Source: a virus
IMG/VR virus record: IMGVR_UViG_3300022309_000001
Location: 1-64,000 of that record
DNA length: 64,000 nucleotides
Direction: 5' to 3' (one strand)
Position 1 is the first letter of the stretch, and the number at the start of each line of letters is the position of its first letter. The translations under genes and the position numbers were made by a program. Below are positions 17,494-25,907 of this stretch, one piece after another. The notes beneath the pieces are model-generated. The model was not told the DNA's origin. It saw only the letters and a list, made by a program, of their open reading frames with translations, and made no database searches.

Positions 17494-17891
17494 GCCGCGC
17501 CTCGTCGCGCCAGCCGCCACCTGATCTGCCTAACCTTCCACGCCACCCAGGCCCAGGCGTTGAACAGCTCGGACACGGCCGGGATGCGCCACGGTACGCG
17601 TTTGAGAACCAACACAAGATCCCAATACTCGTCGAACCATAGAGCGTCTCTCGTGTGACCAGCGACTAGCCAGACACCAGGTTCAAACGTCTTCCAATCC
17701 ACGGTCGCTCCGAACATCATATGCGTATCATTGGTGGACACGACCATTGACCGAAACCTTTTGGTCGCGGAGCCACGACAGACGTTGGGATCCGGATCCC
17801 GGTCGTCCACTCCACCCAACGCCGCCATGCTCCACAACACGGATGGAGTCATGGCGCGCGAGACCAGTACCGCAGCATACACGGTCTTCAT
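17490..17891 (-). CDS. hypothetical protein with N-terminal hydrophobic segment
   Basis: ATG 17891 (ATGA coupling). MKTVYAAVLVSRAMTPSVLWSMAALGG. Locally lower GC. Confidence 0.45.
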   Translation of the reverse strand: MKTVYAAVLVSRAMTPSVLWSMAALGGVDDRDPDPNVCRGSATKRFRSMVVSTNDTHMMFGATVDWKTFEPGVWLVAGHTRDALWFDEYWDLVLVLKRVPWRIPAVSELFNAWAWVAWKVRQIRWRLARRGAA

Positions 17892-18133
17892 GACTTCGGC
17901 ACCCCCATCAGTTGATCTAAGAGCGCGTCTGCCCAAGCGACAGCCATCTCGGCTGCGGCTCGTGGTTTGGTCGGATTATGAGCTGACGCGAGTGCAGCCA
18001 TGATGTCAGACGCGATGCGCTCACGGATTGTCATGCCGATGTGGTGAATCTCGGTCGGATCTCCATAGCGCCACCCACTGAGCGGTGCTGGCTCGACGGC
18101 CGGATGTACTGGGTCATCTCCACGCCAACTCAT
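17888..18133 (-). CDS. hypothetical protein
   Basis: 81 aa; ATGA coupling on both sides. Confidence 0.5.
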   Translation of the reverse strand: MSWRGDDPVHPAVEPAPLSGWRYGDPTEIHHIGMTIRERIASDIMAALASAHNPTKPRAAAEMAVAWADALLDQLMGVPKS

Positions 18134-19362
18134 GCCCCAACCTCCGGCGGCGCGTCCTCGTCACCAGGAGGAGGCGGCTCCTGTCCCACGCCCTGGAAAA
18201 AGGCCATCAGGGCGCGGTAGTCATCCTCGGTGACATCCGCCGGGCACTTTTTCTCCCGCTTCTTGAGTTCGTCCAGGTACGCCTTATCGGGCACGCCCAG
18301 CGAACGCATGCCGGCCTTGAGCCGCTCGAACGGCGTCCCCTTCGGCGCAGCAGCGCCATTCGCTGGGGCAGGCTGCTGGCCGCCCGTGGAGCGCTTCGCC
18401 ATCTCGGCCTGCACGGCCTTCAGCCACGCCAGGTCCTTCGCGTGCCACTTCTCATGCTTCCTCGCCTCAGACTCGGTGGCGCGCTGAAGCAGCCAGGGCA
18501 GATCCTCTGTGGGAACGTCGGATAGCCGCTTGCCCTTGTGCCTGCCGATGTTGACCAGCAGCTCCTTCGTCTCCTTCGTGTCCGTGGCGGGGGCGGCCTT
18601 CTCGGGAGAGCTGGGAGCGGATCTCCGCTGCGGCGCAGTCTGCGCCTGCGCCTGGCCTGCGGGCTCGGGGTGCTCCAGGTCCTCCACGTCCTGGGTGAAG
18701 AGGTCCGAGCACCTAGCGAGCGCGATAGCGCCGTCGACGAGGGCGCGCTTCTTGGCCATCTTCAGGATGGTGTTGAACAACGTGGCCACATCATCGTTTT
18801 CGATGCGCCCCGTCTCCTGCTTCTCGATCTCCTGCGCGCCATCCGGCCACTTCCCACCGCAGCCGCCCTTCTTGGCGAAGCAGATCCACCCGCCGCCGAA
18901 CTCATCCTTGCCCTTGATGATGGCCTCCTTGCCGCACGTCGGGCACTTCCGGCCGCCCTGGCGCCATCGGTAGCGAGCCTCCCTGGAGTTGGCGGAGCCG
19001 AAGCCCTCGGCCAGCACCTCGGACGGGTTGGAGCGCGACACCAGCCGGACGCGGAAGATGTAGTGGCAGAAGCCGAAGCCCCGGTCGAAGTCCTCCTCTC
19101 GGTGGACCAGCGCGAAGCGCGGAGTCGCTCGGAACAGGTCGAGCAGCTTCTCTGCGCCCGGCTTCAACAGGGTGGGCCGGACAGTCCCCGGAATCTTCCC
19201 GAAGTCCGTCCCATCCAGCATGTGCGTCCCGACGTACACCTTCACCATGCCGCGCATCTCGCTCTCCTCGGAGAGCACCTGCCGCATGGCCACCACTCGC
19301 GCCGTATCACCGGCCGCTCCCGCAAGAGCTACCGGCTCTGCCTTCACAATCGCTGCTTCCAT
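18130..19362 (-). CDS. putative single-strand annealing recombinase (ERF/RecT-like core) with embedded zinc ribbon
   Basis: 410 aa. TLLKPGAEKLLDLF and NTILKMAKKRALVDGAIALA resemble phage single-strand-annealing protein core motifs. Inserted CPTCG...C..KGGCGGKW. Family assignment is from memory only. Confidence 0.45.
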   Translation of the reverse strand: MEAAIVKAEPVALAGAAGDTARVVAMRQVLSEESEMRGMVKVYVGTHMLDGTDFGKIPGTVRPTLLKPGAEKLLDLFRATPRFALVHREEDFDRGFGFCHYIFRVRLVSRSNPSEVLAEGFGSANSREARYRWRQGGRKCPTCGKEAIIKGKDEFGGGWICFAKKGGCGGKWPDGAQEIEKQETGRIENDDVATLFNTILKMAKKRALVDGAIALARCSDLFTQDVEDLEHPEPAGQAQAQTAPQRRSAPSSPEKAAPATDTKETKELLVNIGRHKGKRLSDVPTEDLPWLLQRATESEARKHEKWHAKDLAWLKAVQAEMAKRSTGGQQPAPANGAAAPKGTPFERLKAGMRSLGVPDKAYLDELKKREKKCPADVTEDDYRALMAFFQGVGQEPPPPGDEDAPPEVGA

Positions 19363-19420
19363 GTGGTTCCCTCGCAGTGGGCCAGTCCCTCAGTCGGAAC
19401 GTCCAGCCCGTCTCAACTCT

Positions 19421-19672
19421 CTACCACGTACGACTGACACTCAGCAGCTCCTTGGCTGCCTCTCGCTCTGCTTCCAACGCCTGCCGCTTCTCCAGCAGGC
19501 TGAGCCGCCCCCACGCCTCGGCGTCCGCTGCGGCCGAGAGCCTGTCTTTGCCGAGTGGATCAAACCCCCACTCCAGCACCATCCTGTCGCGCCGCTCTAT
19601 CCAGGTGTCCTCGCCAGCGTTGCGATCTGGGTACTGGAGGATGAATGCGCGCAGTTGCTCCAACTCGCTCAT
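19421..19672 (-). CDS. hypothetical protein
   Basis: Internal ATG 19672 of the track ORF, ATGA-coupled to 19669..19857. Confidence 0.45.
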   Translation of the reverse strand: MSELEQLRAFILQYPDRNAGEDTWIERRDRMVLEWGFDPLGKDRLSAAADAEAWGRLSLLEKRQALEAEREAAKELLSVSRTW

Positions 19673-19857
19673 CGCTGGGCCTCCGACGTGTGCGTTGACT
19701 GGACGTGCTTCATGGCCTCTGTCCAGCCACGGTCGAACCACTGGCGGTACACCTTCTCCTCGGCTGCCATGTCCGCCCGGATTCGCGCCGTCAGGCGGTC
19801 CAGCCAAGCAGCCTGGCGATCCGGGCACCCACAGCACCTCTCGTCAGGCATGGCCAT
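19669..19857 (-). CDS. hypothetical protein (CCGC motif)
   Basis: 62 aa track ORF. Confidence 0.45.
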   Translation of the reverse strand: MAMPDERCCGCPDRQAAWLDRLTARIRADMAAEEKVYRQWFDRGWTEAMKHVQSTHTSEAQR

Positions 19858-20158
19858 CCTCCTCGGACTTCTTCACGAGTCCGCTGCCCTTGCAGTGCGG
19901 GCACGGGCCGAGGTTGTGCTTGCGCTGGAGCATGGCGGCGAAGGACTTGCCGAAGATGCTGTAGCTTGAATAGGTGCTGCCATGCTCTGTGCCACAGGTC
20001 AGCAAGTCGTTCACGTGGAGCAACTGGCAGTCCGGATCTGAGTCCTCCGCAATTTCGTCAACCCAGAAGCTCTCGGCATCAGCCCCACACTTCGGGCACC
20101 TCCACTCGTCATCTGTCGGCTGGTATTTCGTGTGCTTGGCACCACAGGCGTTACCCAT
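19844..20158 (-). CDS. zinc-ribbon protein
   Basis: ATG 20158; contains CPKCG...C...CPHCKG. Confidence 0.5.
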   Translation of the reverse strand: MGNACGAKHTKYQPTDDEWRCPKCGADAESFWVDEIAEDSDPDCQLLHVNDLLTCGTEHGSTYSSYSIFGKSFAAMLQRKHNLGPCPHCKGSGLVKKSEEDGHA

Positions 20159-21200
20159 CGCGCTCCTCCAGTACCTTCTTGATGTGCTCCGCAGTCGCCT
20201 GGTTGTCCTGCGCAACCGCGCCCGCGTACTCCTCGATGGCGTTTGCCAGGAAGGATGCCTCCGCCAGCACCGCGCTGCGGATCGACTCCGGAAGCTGACG
20301 CCATCCGCGCATAGCTGCCAGGACTCGCACCTCTGCCAGCCGGACGGCCTCGGAGCGCCCAGCCTCGAGCGTGACAAGGCGCTCCTTGAGCCGCTCCACC
20401 TCGGCGCGCATGGCGTCGCGTTCGGACTTGATCCCTTCGACTATGGCCAGCGCCTCCTCGCACTCCCGCGTTGCGGCGGTCATGCTCCGGAACGTCTCGG
20501 TGAACTCGCCGGCCTTCGTCCGGAGTTCGTCAAGATCGCGCTCCGCCTTCTCCGCGCGGTCTCGGACCCCACGGAACACCTCGGCCCAGCGCTTCACCTC
20601 TGGAGACTTCCAGCGCTGGTCGAGCGCATAGAAGAAGCTGCTGAGGTGCTGGGCGTGCAGCGCGTAGGTCTTCCAGTCCCTCAACTCAGCCCCGATGAGC
20701 ACGTCGCGCGGCGGCATAGCCTCAAACTCCAGGACGGCTTCACGCATGGCCGCAATCGTGGCCTCCGCCTTCCCCGCCCGCTCTTCCAGCCTCGCCACTT
20801 CCGCCTCCGCTCGGTTGACCGCCTCGTCGAGGGCCTGCTCGGCTAGATCGCGCTCGGAAACCACTCGCCGGGCCGCGTCGTCGAGCTTCTCGTCCGGAGC
20901 CCTCGCAAGGATGGCGCTCAGCTCGCGCTGTGCGTCGCTGAAGGCCGCTTCGACCTTCGCGGCCCAGGCCCGAGCTTCGTCCAACTCCCGCCCGGCCTGC
21001 TCCTCCCCGGAGCGGGCGCGGCGGGCCTCGGCGACGAGGGCCGGGATCTCCTTCTCCGCCAGCCGCAGCGCAGGTCCGGGGCATCCTCGCGGGTCGGTGC
21101 TGTCCTGGTGCATCGCGAGGTATTCGGCCAACTCCCGCTCGATCCGGGCAAGCCGTGCTTCCGTTATCGCCCCTGGACGCTCCGGCTTCGGCGGCGTCAT
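20151..21200 (-). CDS. coiled-coil protein (349 aa)
   Basis: ATG 21200 (ATGA coupling). Long Ala/Glu/Arg heptad-like helices throughout. Confidence 0.55.
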   Translation of the reverse strand: MTPPKPERPGAITEARLARIERELAEYLAMHQDSTDPRGCPGPALRLAEKEIPALVAEARRARSGEEQAGRELDEARAWAAKVEAAFSDAQRELSAILARAPDEKLDDAARRVVSERDLAEQALDEAVNRAEAEVARLEERAGKAEATIAAMREAVLEFEAMPPRDVLIGAELRDWKTYALHAQHLSSFFYALDQRWKSPEVKRWAEVFRGVRDRAEKAERDLDELRTKAGEFTETFRSMTAATRECEEALAIVEGIKSERDAMRAEVERLKERLVTLEAGRSEAVRLAEVRVLAAMRGWRQLPESIRSAVLAEASFLANAIEEYAGAVAQDNQATAEHIKKVLEERDG

Positions 21201-21532
21201 CGGGTCGGCTCCCCATCGGCCGCAGGGTGGTTCGGACAGTCGCACGTCGCGCCCTTGCACTCGCAGCCGCTGTGGTTTCCGTCGCCCAGGTCGATGCCCT
21301 GGCAGCCCTCTGGGCAGCGATCCGGAGCCTTCGGGCCGCCGTGCATCTCGCAGGCAAGATCCGGGACGTAGCCGTTGAAGCGCCCGTCTTCCCGGTACAG
21401 TCTTCCGGTCCAACCGTCTCGGTACTGGCGGCACGGCGGGCGCTTGCCGTAAGCCGGCTTGCCGCACGCCCCAGCCGGCATACCGTCGCCCCACCACATC
21501 GGGACAGAGCACTTGCCAGGAACGTCAGCCAT
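21197..21532 (-). CDS. Cys-rich protein
   Basis: ATG 21532. 13 Cys, including GCECKGATCDCPNH. Confidence 0.5.
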   Translation of the reverse strand: MADVPGKCSVPMWWGDGMPAGACGKPAYGKRPPCRQYRDGWTGRLYREDGRFNGYVPDLACEMHGGPKAPDRCPEGCQGIDLGDGNHSGCECKGATCDCPNHPAADGEPTR

Positions 21533-21824
21533 GGCTCGGCTCCTCCCCATCGGCCGCGCGGAGGGCCTCGGAAGCCCGGGTGCAGATACCGCAACCGCAC
21601 TTGCCGAACTGAGCCGCGTGCTCGCTCAGGATGTAGACCAGCGCCTCGCGCATCACCGGAGCGGCAGACGCGAGCGCAACGAACCTGTCCCGCGCCCGCT
21701 TCACAGGCTCCGGCGCACCGTCGAACTTCGGGAACGTCCGGGCGACCTGCGCGACCATCAGCTTCAGCAGCGCGTCGTCATCGAATGCCGCAACCGCTTC
21801 ATCAAGCGTCCGTTCCATTGTCAC
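21525..21824 (-). CDS. hypothetical protein, CGCGIC C-terminal module (copy 1)
   Basis: 99 aa. C-terminal 37 aa MREALVYILSEHAAQFGKCGCGICTRASEALRAADGE are identical to the neighbouring gene. Confidence 0.5.
   Translation of the reverse strand: MTMERTLDEAVAAFDDDALLKLMVAQVARTFPKFDGAPEPVKRARDRFVALASAAPVMREALVYILSEHAAQFGKCGCGICTRASEALRAADGEEPSHG
21543..21654. repeat. 112-bp direct repeat, copy 1
   Basis: 111/112 identical to 21827-21938, at an offset of 284 bp. Confidence 0.9.
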
Positions 21825-22102
21825 ATCTCCCCATCAGCCGCGCGGAGGGCCTCGGAAGCCCGGGTGCAGATACCGCAACCGCACTTGCCGAACTGAGCCG
21901 CGTGCTCGCTCAGGATGTAGACCAGCGCCTCGCGCATCGGCCCAAAGGCGTTGACGGAGCGGGTGAGCAACGTGGTGTTTTGGCGTCGCCTCTGGCGGGG
22001 CGGGACCAGGAATCCGACTTGCCCGCCCCTTGCGTCCATGACGCAGCCGTCTTCATCCACCGTCCACGGCCTCGGCGACGCATCCTTGAACTCGTCCGCC
22101 AT
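21821..22102 (-). CDS. hypothetical protein, CGCGIC C-terminal module (copy 2)
   Basis: ATG 22102 after GGAGGGAGCG. Same C-terminal module as 21525..21824. Confidence 0.5.
   Translation of the reverse strand: MADEFKDASPRPWTVDEDGCVMDARGGQVGFLVPPRQRRRQNTTLLTRSVNAFGPMREALVYILSEHAAQFGKCGCGICTRASEALRAADGEM
21827..21938. repeat. 112-bp direct repeat, copy 2
   Basis: 111/112 identical to 21543-21654. Confidence 0.9.
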
Positions 22103-22159
22103 CGCTCCCTCCAACCTACGCACAACTCCATCCGGCTATACCATTGCGCCCCGCTGGCG

Positions 22160-22459
22160 TCAAGCCCCTTCATCCGGCACGTAGTCCGCGCAGGACGACG
22201 ACTCGTGCCAGTACGACTTGTCCTGCTTGTCGACCTCGCAGACGCCCCAGGCAGCGAACGCCTTACCGGGCTTCCAGCGCTGGCAGCCTCCGCACTTCAC
22301 GCCGCGCAGGCAGGCGGCGGAGCGCGCGGACTCCAGGCCGTCCAGGAGCGCCCGGAGAGAGGGCTCGTCGACGGTCCCGTGCGCGGACTCGAACGCCTGG
22401 CGCACCCGGCCAGTGAGCGCCTCGGTGTCTTGCAGCAGTGCGGCTAGGCTGTCCGACAC
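22160..22459 (-). CDS. hypothetical protein (MSDSL N-terminus, CGGC motif)
   Basis: 99 aa. N-terminus parallels that of 22468..22704. Confidence 0.5.
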   Translation of the reverse strand: MSDSLAALLQDTEALTGRVRQAFESAHGTVDEPSLRALLDGLESARSAACLRGVKCGGCQRWKPGKAFAAWGVCEVDKQDKSYWHESSSCADYVPDEGA

Positions 22460-22467
22460 GGCATCCC

Positions 22468-22704
22468 TCAGCGCGCGAACGGCGCAATCAGCAGGTCATG
22501 CTGCTGGACGCCGCCGACCGTCCGCCCATGGATTGCCCTGGGACACATGAGCGCCTTGACCTTGAAGCCGGTCTTGCACAGGCCGTCGAAGACTGCCGCT
22601 AGGGCGGCCTCGTCCGGCTTGCCTTCGGCCCCTGCCCATGCCGCGTGGGCGCGTTCCTGGAGCGCCTCCATCTCGCGCATCAAGGTGTCGAGGGAGTCGC
22701 TCAT
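22468..22704 (-). CDS. hypothetical protein (MSDSL N-terminus)
   Basis: 78 aa; ATGA coupling to the upstream gene. Confidence 0.5.
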   Translation of the reverse strand: MSDSLDTLMREMEALQERAHAAWAGAEGKPDEAALAAVFDGLCKTGFKVKALMCPRAIHGRTVGGVQQHDLLIAPFAR

Positions 22705-23117
22705 GTTCCAGATCTCCGTTGCTGTGCGATGGCCTTGCAGAGCAAGCCTCTGGCCTCAGAGATGGCGTTCAGAGCTGCAAGCGTCTCGGCGTTCATGTCG
22801 CGGTCGTCGCCCCTGGCATTGGCGCAGCGGAAGTCTGAGAGTCGCGACTCAACCGCTTCAAGCTCTGCCTGAATGGCCTCGAGTTCAGGCGGGAGAGCGT
22901 CCTCTTCGCCGGATGGCTCGCACGTCCAGCCGGCGTCGCGCAGCACGGCGACGAGAATCTCGACGGGGATGGTCCCGCCGCACTCGTCTCCATCCTCGTT
23001 GCTCGCGACCACGGAAACCAGCTCGGCGTCGAGGAGCCCGATGCCAACGCCGTCTCGGCAGTACCAGCCCGGATCTTCCGGCTTGCAGTGGCGCTCCCAG
23101 CCATTCGGTAGAGCCAT
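22701..23117 (-). CDS. hypothetical protein
   Basis: Internal ATG 23117 of track ORF 22701..23249. Confidence 0.5.
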   Translation of the reverse strand: MALPNGWERHCKPEDPGWYCRDGVGIGLLDAELVSVVASNEDGDECGGTIPVEILVAVLRDAGWTCEPSGEEDALPPELEAIQAELEAVESRLSDFRCANARGDDRDMNAETLAALNAISEARGLLCKAIAQQRRSGT

Positions 23118-23118
23118 G

Positions 23119-23334
23119 TCACGTCCTCTTCTTCGCCGGCTCGATGATGCGCACATCGAGCGCGCCGAGAGTGTTGGGGTTGTCGTTCGGCTTCCACGTG
23201 AGGCACCTCCACACGAGGTCCTCCACGGACTCGCCGGGCAGCGGCTCAACCGCCATCGTTGCCGCGTGCAGCCCGGTGTCGTCCTCCTCGAAGTAGCGCT
23301 TCAGGATGGACACCTTCAGTTCTTCGCGTTTCAC
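23119..23334 (-). CDS. hypothetical protein
   Basis: GTG 23334 after AAGGAGGAG; 71 aa. Confidence 0.5.
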   Translation of the reverse strand: MKREELKVSILKRYFEEDDTGLHAATMAVEPLPGESVEDLVWRCLTWKPNDNPNTLGALDVRIIEPAKKRT

Positions 23335-23414
23335 GTCTCCTCCTTCTCGGGCGGCTCACACGTCATCTCGGCCGCTGCCTTCGCCGCCTCCAGCAAGTCC
23401 GGCGGGGGCGTCAT
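23331..23414 (-). CDS. 27-aa coupling micro-ORF
   Basis: MTPPPDLLEAAKAAAEMTCEPPEKEET. Its ATG overlaps the upstream stop (ATGA) and its TGA overlaps the downstream GTG (GTGA). High GC3. Confidence 0.3.
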   Translation of the reverse strand: MTPPPDLLEAAKAAAEMTCEPPEKEET

Positions 23415-23671
23415 GGCGCGCGGCCCCCGAGATCTTCGATGGCTGCCCTGATGGACAAAAGCCACTCGCTCCGATTCGCGGCGGCTCGGTAGCCATGCCA
23501 GGCCAACTTCGCGCTCGCGATGCGGACTGGCTCAGACTGCATCCACCAGATGAGACTCGCGCCAGCCGGACGCAGCGGAGCAAGAAGCGGCCGGCCCCTC
23601 TGCTTGCGATTGCGGGCCAGTGCCCGGAGCCTCTCCAGGATGGCGATAGCGGCGGCAACATCGGGCGTCAT
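23411..23671 (-). CDS. small helical paralog-family protein (leftward copy 1)
   Basis: 86 aa. ILERLRALARNRKQRGRPLLAPLRPAGASLIWWMQ...WHGYRAAANRSEWLLSIRAAIEDL aligns with 27201..27467. Confidence 0.5.
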   Translation of the reverse strand: MTPDVAAAIAILERLRALARNRKQRGRPLLAPLRPAGASLIWWMQSEPVRIASAKLAWHGYRAAANRSEWLLSIRAAIEDLGGRAP

Positions 23672-23946
23672 CGGGGCACCTCGTCGAGAGATCGAATGGC
23701 GCGCAGCACGGACCGCATCACCACGCCGCGCCTGATGGGCCGGTCGGACATGGCCAGCCAGTACCCGGCGCACGTCAGCGCGGCATCAACCAGTCTGTCT
23801 GTCGCCTCGTCCAGGGCCAGAAGGCGCTTCACTGCATAGGTGTCCCAGGAGCCGATAACGGGGACGAACCATCGTATCGGCGCCTCGACGGACAGGAGCG
23901 CCCAGAGCAGCGCCAGCGCCCACTGGGCCTGCTCTTGCGTCGTCAT
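23668..23946 (-). CDS. small helical paralog-family protein (leftward copy 2)
   Basis: 92 aa. MTTQEQAQWALALL...AGYWLAMSDRPIRRGVVMRSVLRAIRSLDE. Confidence 0.5.
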   Translation of the reverse strand: MTTQEQAQWALALLWALLSVEAPIRWFVPVIGSWDTYAVKRLLALDEATDRLVDAALTCAGYWLAMSDRPIRRGVVMRSVLRAIRSLDEVPR

Positions 23947-24176
23947 CGGACCGCCTCGTCGAGCGTGTCGATGGCGCTGCGAATGCGCCGGAAGAGCAGT
24001 CGACGCGAGCCCCCGCACATCGGGACAGCCCTGATCGTCCGCACAAGCGCGTCGTAAGCCAGCGCCTGCGCCCGGTCGCGTGGTGCCGAAAAGACGAGCA
24101 GGCTGCCCACCCCATCCACCAGCAGGCACGCCCGGTACAGCGCGAGCACCCACTGCGCCTGTTCTCGCGTCGTCAT
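23943..24176 (-). CDS. small helical paralog-family protein (leftward copy 3)
   Basis: 77 aa. MTTREQAQWVLALY...YDALVRTIRAV...LLFRRIRSAIDTLDE. Confidence 0.5.
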   Translation of the reverse strand: MTTREQAQWVLALYRACLLVDGVGSLLVFSAPRDRAQALAYDALVRTIRAVPMCGGSRRLLFRRIRSAIDTLDEAVR

Positions 24177-24511
24177 CGGCTCGCCTTCCCTTCCTGCGCC
24201 TCGGGGGCCGGCTCCATCGTCACGCGCACGCGCCCAGCCTCGACGTCCTCGGGAGTCCCGCCAGCGGCCCGGACAAGGGCCGCGCACCGGACCGCGAACG
24301 CCTCCTCTGCCCAGTGCGCCTCGCGGCGTTTCGCGTCCGCCGCCCACTTGGCATCCCGGGCGGCTCGCCGCTTTTCCACGGCTGATGGCGCGTGCTGGTA
24401 GCACCATGGCTTGCCGTCTTCGACGACGGTCGGCTTGCGGGAGCAGTCCGTAATCCCCCATGCGTCCGAGCTGACGCGCTCCGAGCACGGGCCGTTGATC
24501 GTCTCACCCAT
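24173..24511 (-). CDS. hypothetical protein
   Basis: 112 aa; ATGA coupling downstream. Confidence 0.5.
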   Translation of the reverse strand: MGETINGPCSERVSSDAWGITDCSRKPTVVEDGKPWCYQHAPSAVEKRRAARDAKWAADAKRREAHWAEEAFAVRCAALVRAAGGTPEDVEAGRVRVTMEPAPEAQEGKASR

Positions 24512-25358
24512 GGTGCGGTTCCTCCGGGGCCGGCTCCACTCCGGCGGCGCGGATGGAGGCGAGAAGCTGCTTCGCGCTTGCGTGCGTCGTCTCGTAGGCG
24601 TCGCCGTCTACCAGGAAGTCACCGTTGGAGCGATACTTGCCCACACTGCGCAAGCCGGCCACGAGATCCAACACCGTCGCGCACCGTCCGAGGAGCGCGC
24701 GCATGCCGTTCTCGTGCTTGCTCGTGCGCTCGTACCAGTCGCGGATCGTCTCATCGCTCGGATCCTGCCGAAGCGAGAGAGGGAGATGCCGGCTGCCGAG
24801 TTCGGCGATCTTCGCGCGCAGGTCGTGAAGTTCCACGTCCCTCGGGTCCTCGGCTGCCGGCCGCGCCCTCCGGGCCTCCTCGTCGGTGATGGCGCGCTCG
24901 AGGGCCGCAAGGTCTCCAAGGATCTCCGCCGCGTCCTCCTCGTGGATGAGCAGTGCCGGCCAGTCCCACGAGGTGACGGAGCGCAACGCTGCGAGCACGT
25001 CCGGTCCCTCCCGGTCCGCGCTCGCTGGCGGGGAGTCGGTGGGCTTCGGCTGGAACTCGGCGCACGGGTCAGACGCAACAAGGCGCCAGGGGAATCGCAT
25101 TCCAGTCGCGGTGCATCGGAAGCCATCGCCCTCCACGATATCGAAGATGTGCGCGCACTCGCGGCAGTCCACGACCGGCAGTGAGGCGGAGGATGGCACG
25201 AAGTCTTCGCACGGGTCCGACGCCACGACGCTCCATGGCATCAGCGTGTCTGACTTGGCGCATCGGTACGAGTAGCCTTCCTTGACATCGAAGACGTGCG
25301 CGCACTTCCGGCAGTCCACCGCCACAACGGCTCCCTTCTCAATATCTTCGTTATTCAC
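24504..25358 (-). CDS. protein with two tandem Cys-modules
   Basis: GTG 25358 (GTGA coupling). VDCRKCAHVFDV.EG..YRC....MPWSVVASDPCEDF is repeated as VDCRECAHIFDIVEGDGFRC...FPWRLVASDPCAEF. Confidence 0.55.
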   Translation of the reverse strand: MNNEDIEKGAVVAVDCRKCAHVFDVKEGYSYRCAKSDTLMPWSVVASDPCEDFVPSSASLPVVDCRECAHIFDIVEGDGFRCTATGMRFPWRLVASDPCAEFQPKPTDSPPASADREGPDVLAALRSVTSWDWPALLIHEEDAAEILGDLAALERAITDEEARRARPAAEDPRDVELHDLRAKIAELGSRHLPLSLRQDPSDETIRDWYERTSKHENGMRALLGRCATVLDLVAGLRSVGKYRSNGDFLVDGDAYETTHASAKQLLASIRAAGVEPAPEEPHHG

Positions 25359-25558
25359 GGCGCCAAGCCTCCAGCTTTCGTCCAGCACCCTTCGCAGACG
25401 CGTTCCGGCCGACGCTTGCCCCTCTCAACCGCACCGGCCGCTGTCCAGAGTCCGCACAGGATGCACTTGCCCTCCCATGTGAAGGCCCGTCGCGCCCACT
25501 CCAGCCCGCTGACGTTGCCCTCGCGAACCGCCTCCTTGATCCGCTCGTACGCCGTCAC
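25355..25558 (-). CDS. small Cys-containing protein
   Basis: 67 aa; contains CILCG...CEGC. Confidence 0.5.
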   Translation of the reverse strand: MTAYERIKEAVREGNVSGLEWARRAFTWEGKCILCGLWTAAGAVERGKRRPERVCEGCWTKAGGLAP

Positions 25559-25773
25559 GACGTGGGCTCCTCCTTCAGCTCAACCACCTCCACCCGCCCA
25601 TCTACGACTCGAAGCGCCTTCCCGTAGAGCGCGCCCCACCTCCGGCACCCGGTGTCAGCCTCGAGCGGTGTGCCGAGAAACCGGATGACCACCTTGGGCG
25701 GCTCACCTCCAATCAGCGAGATGTATCCGTCTCCGGCCTTGCCAAGGCTGATGTAGTCGTCGTGCTTGCTCAT
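25555..25773 (-). CDS. hypothetical protein
   Basis: 72 aa; ATGA coupling on both sides. Confidence 0.5.
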   Translation of the reverse strand: MSKHDDYISLGKAGDGYISLIGGEPPKVVIRFLGTPLEADTGCRRWGALYGKALRVVDGRVEVVELKEEPTS

Positions 25774-25907
25774 GGCTTCTCCTTCTTCCCGATGCTCGCC
25801 AGCCGAGGTCCCTGCCGCGTCTCCTGGCGGACCTTCCCGCGAGCCATCCAGCCGCAGGAGAAGCCCACCGCAAACAACCCGAACAGCGCCAGCGCCTCGC
25901 AGGCCAT
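25770..25907 (-). CDS. 45-aa single-TM peptide
   Basis: MACEALALFGLFAVGFSCGWMARGK... with TGATG and ATGA coupling. Confidence 0.35.
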   Translation of the reverse strand: MACEALALFGLFAVGFSCGWMARGKVRQETRQGPRLASIGKKEKP

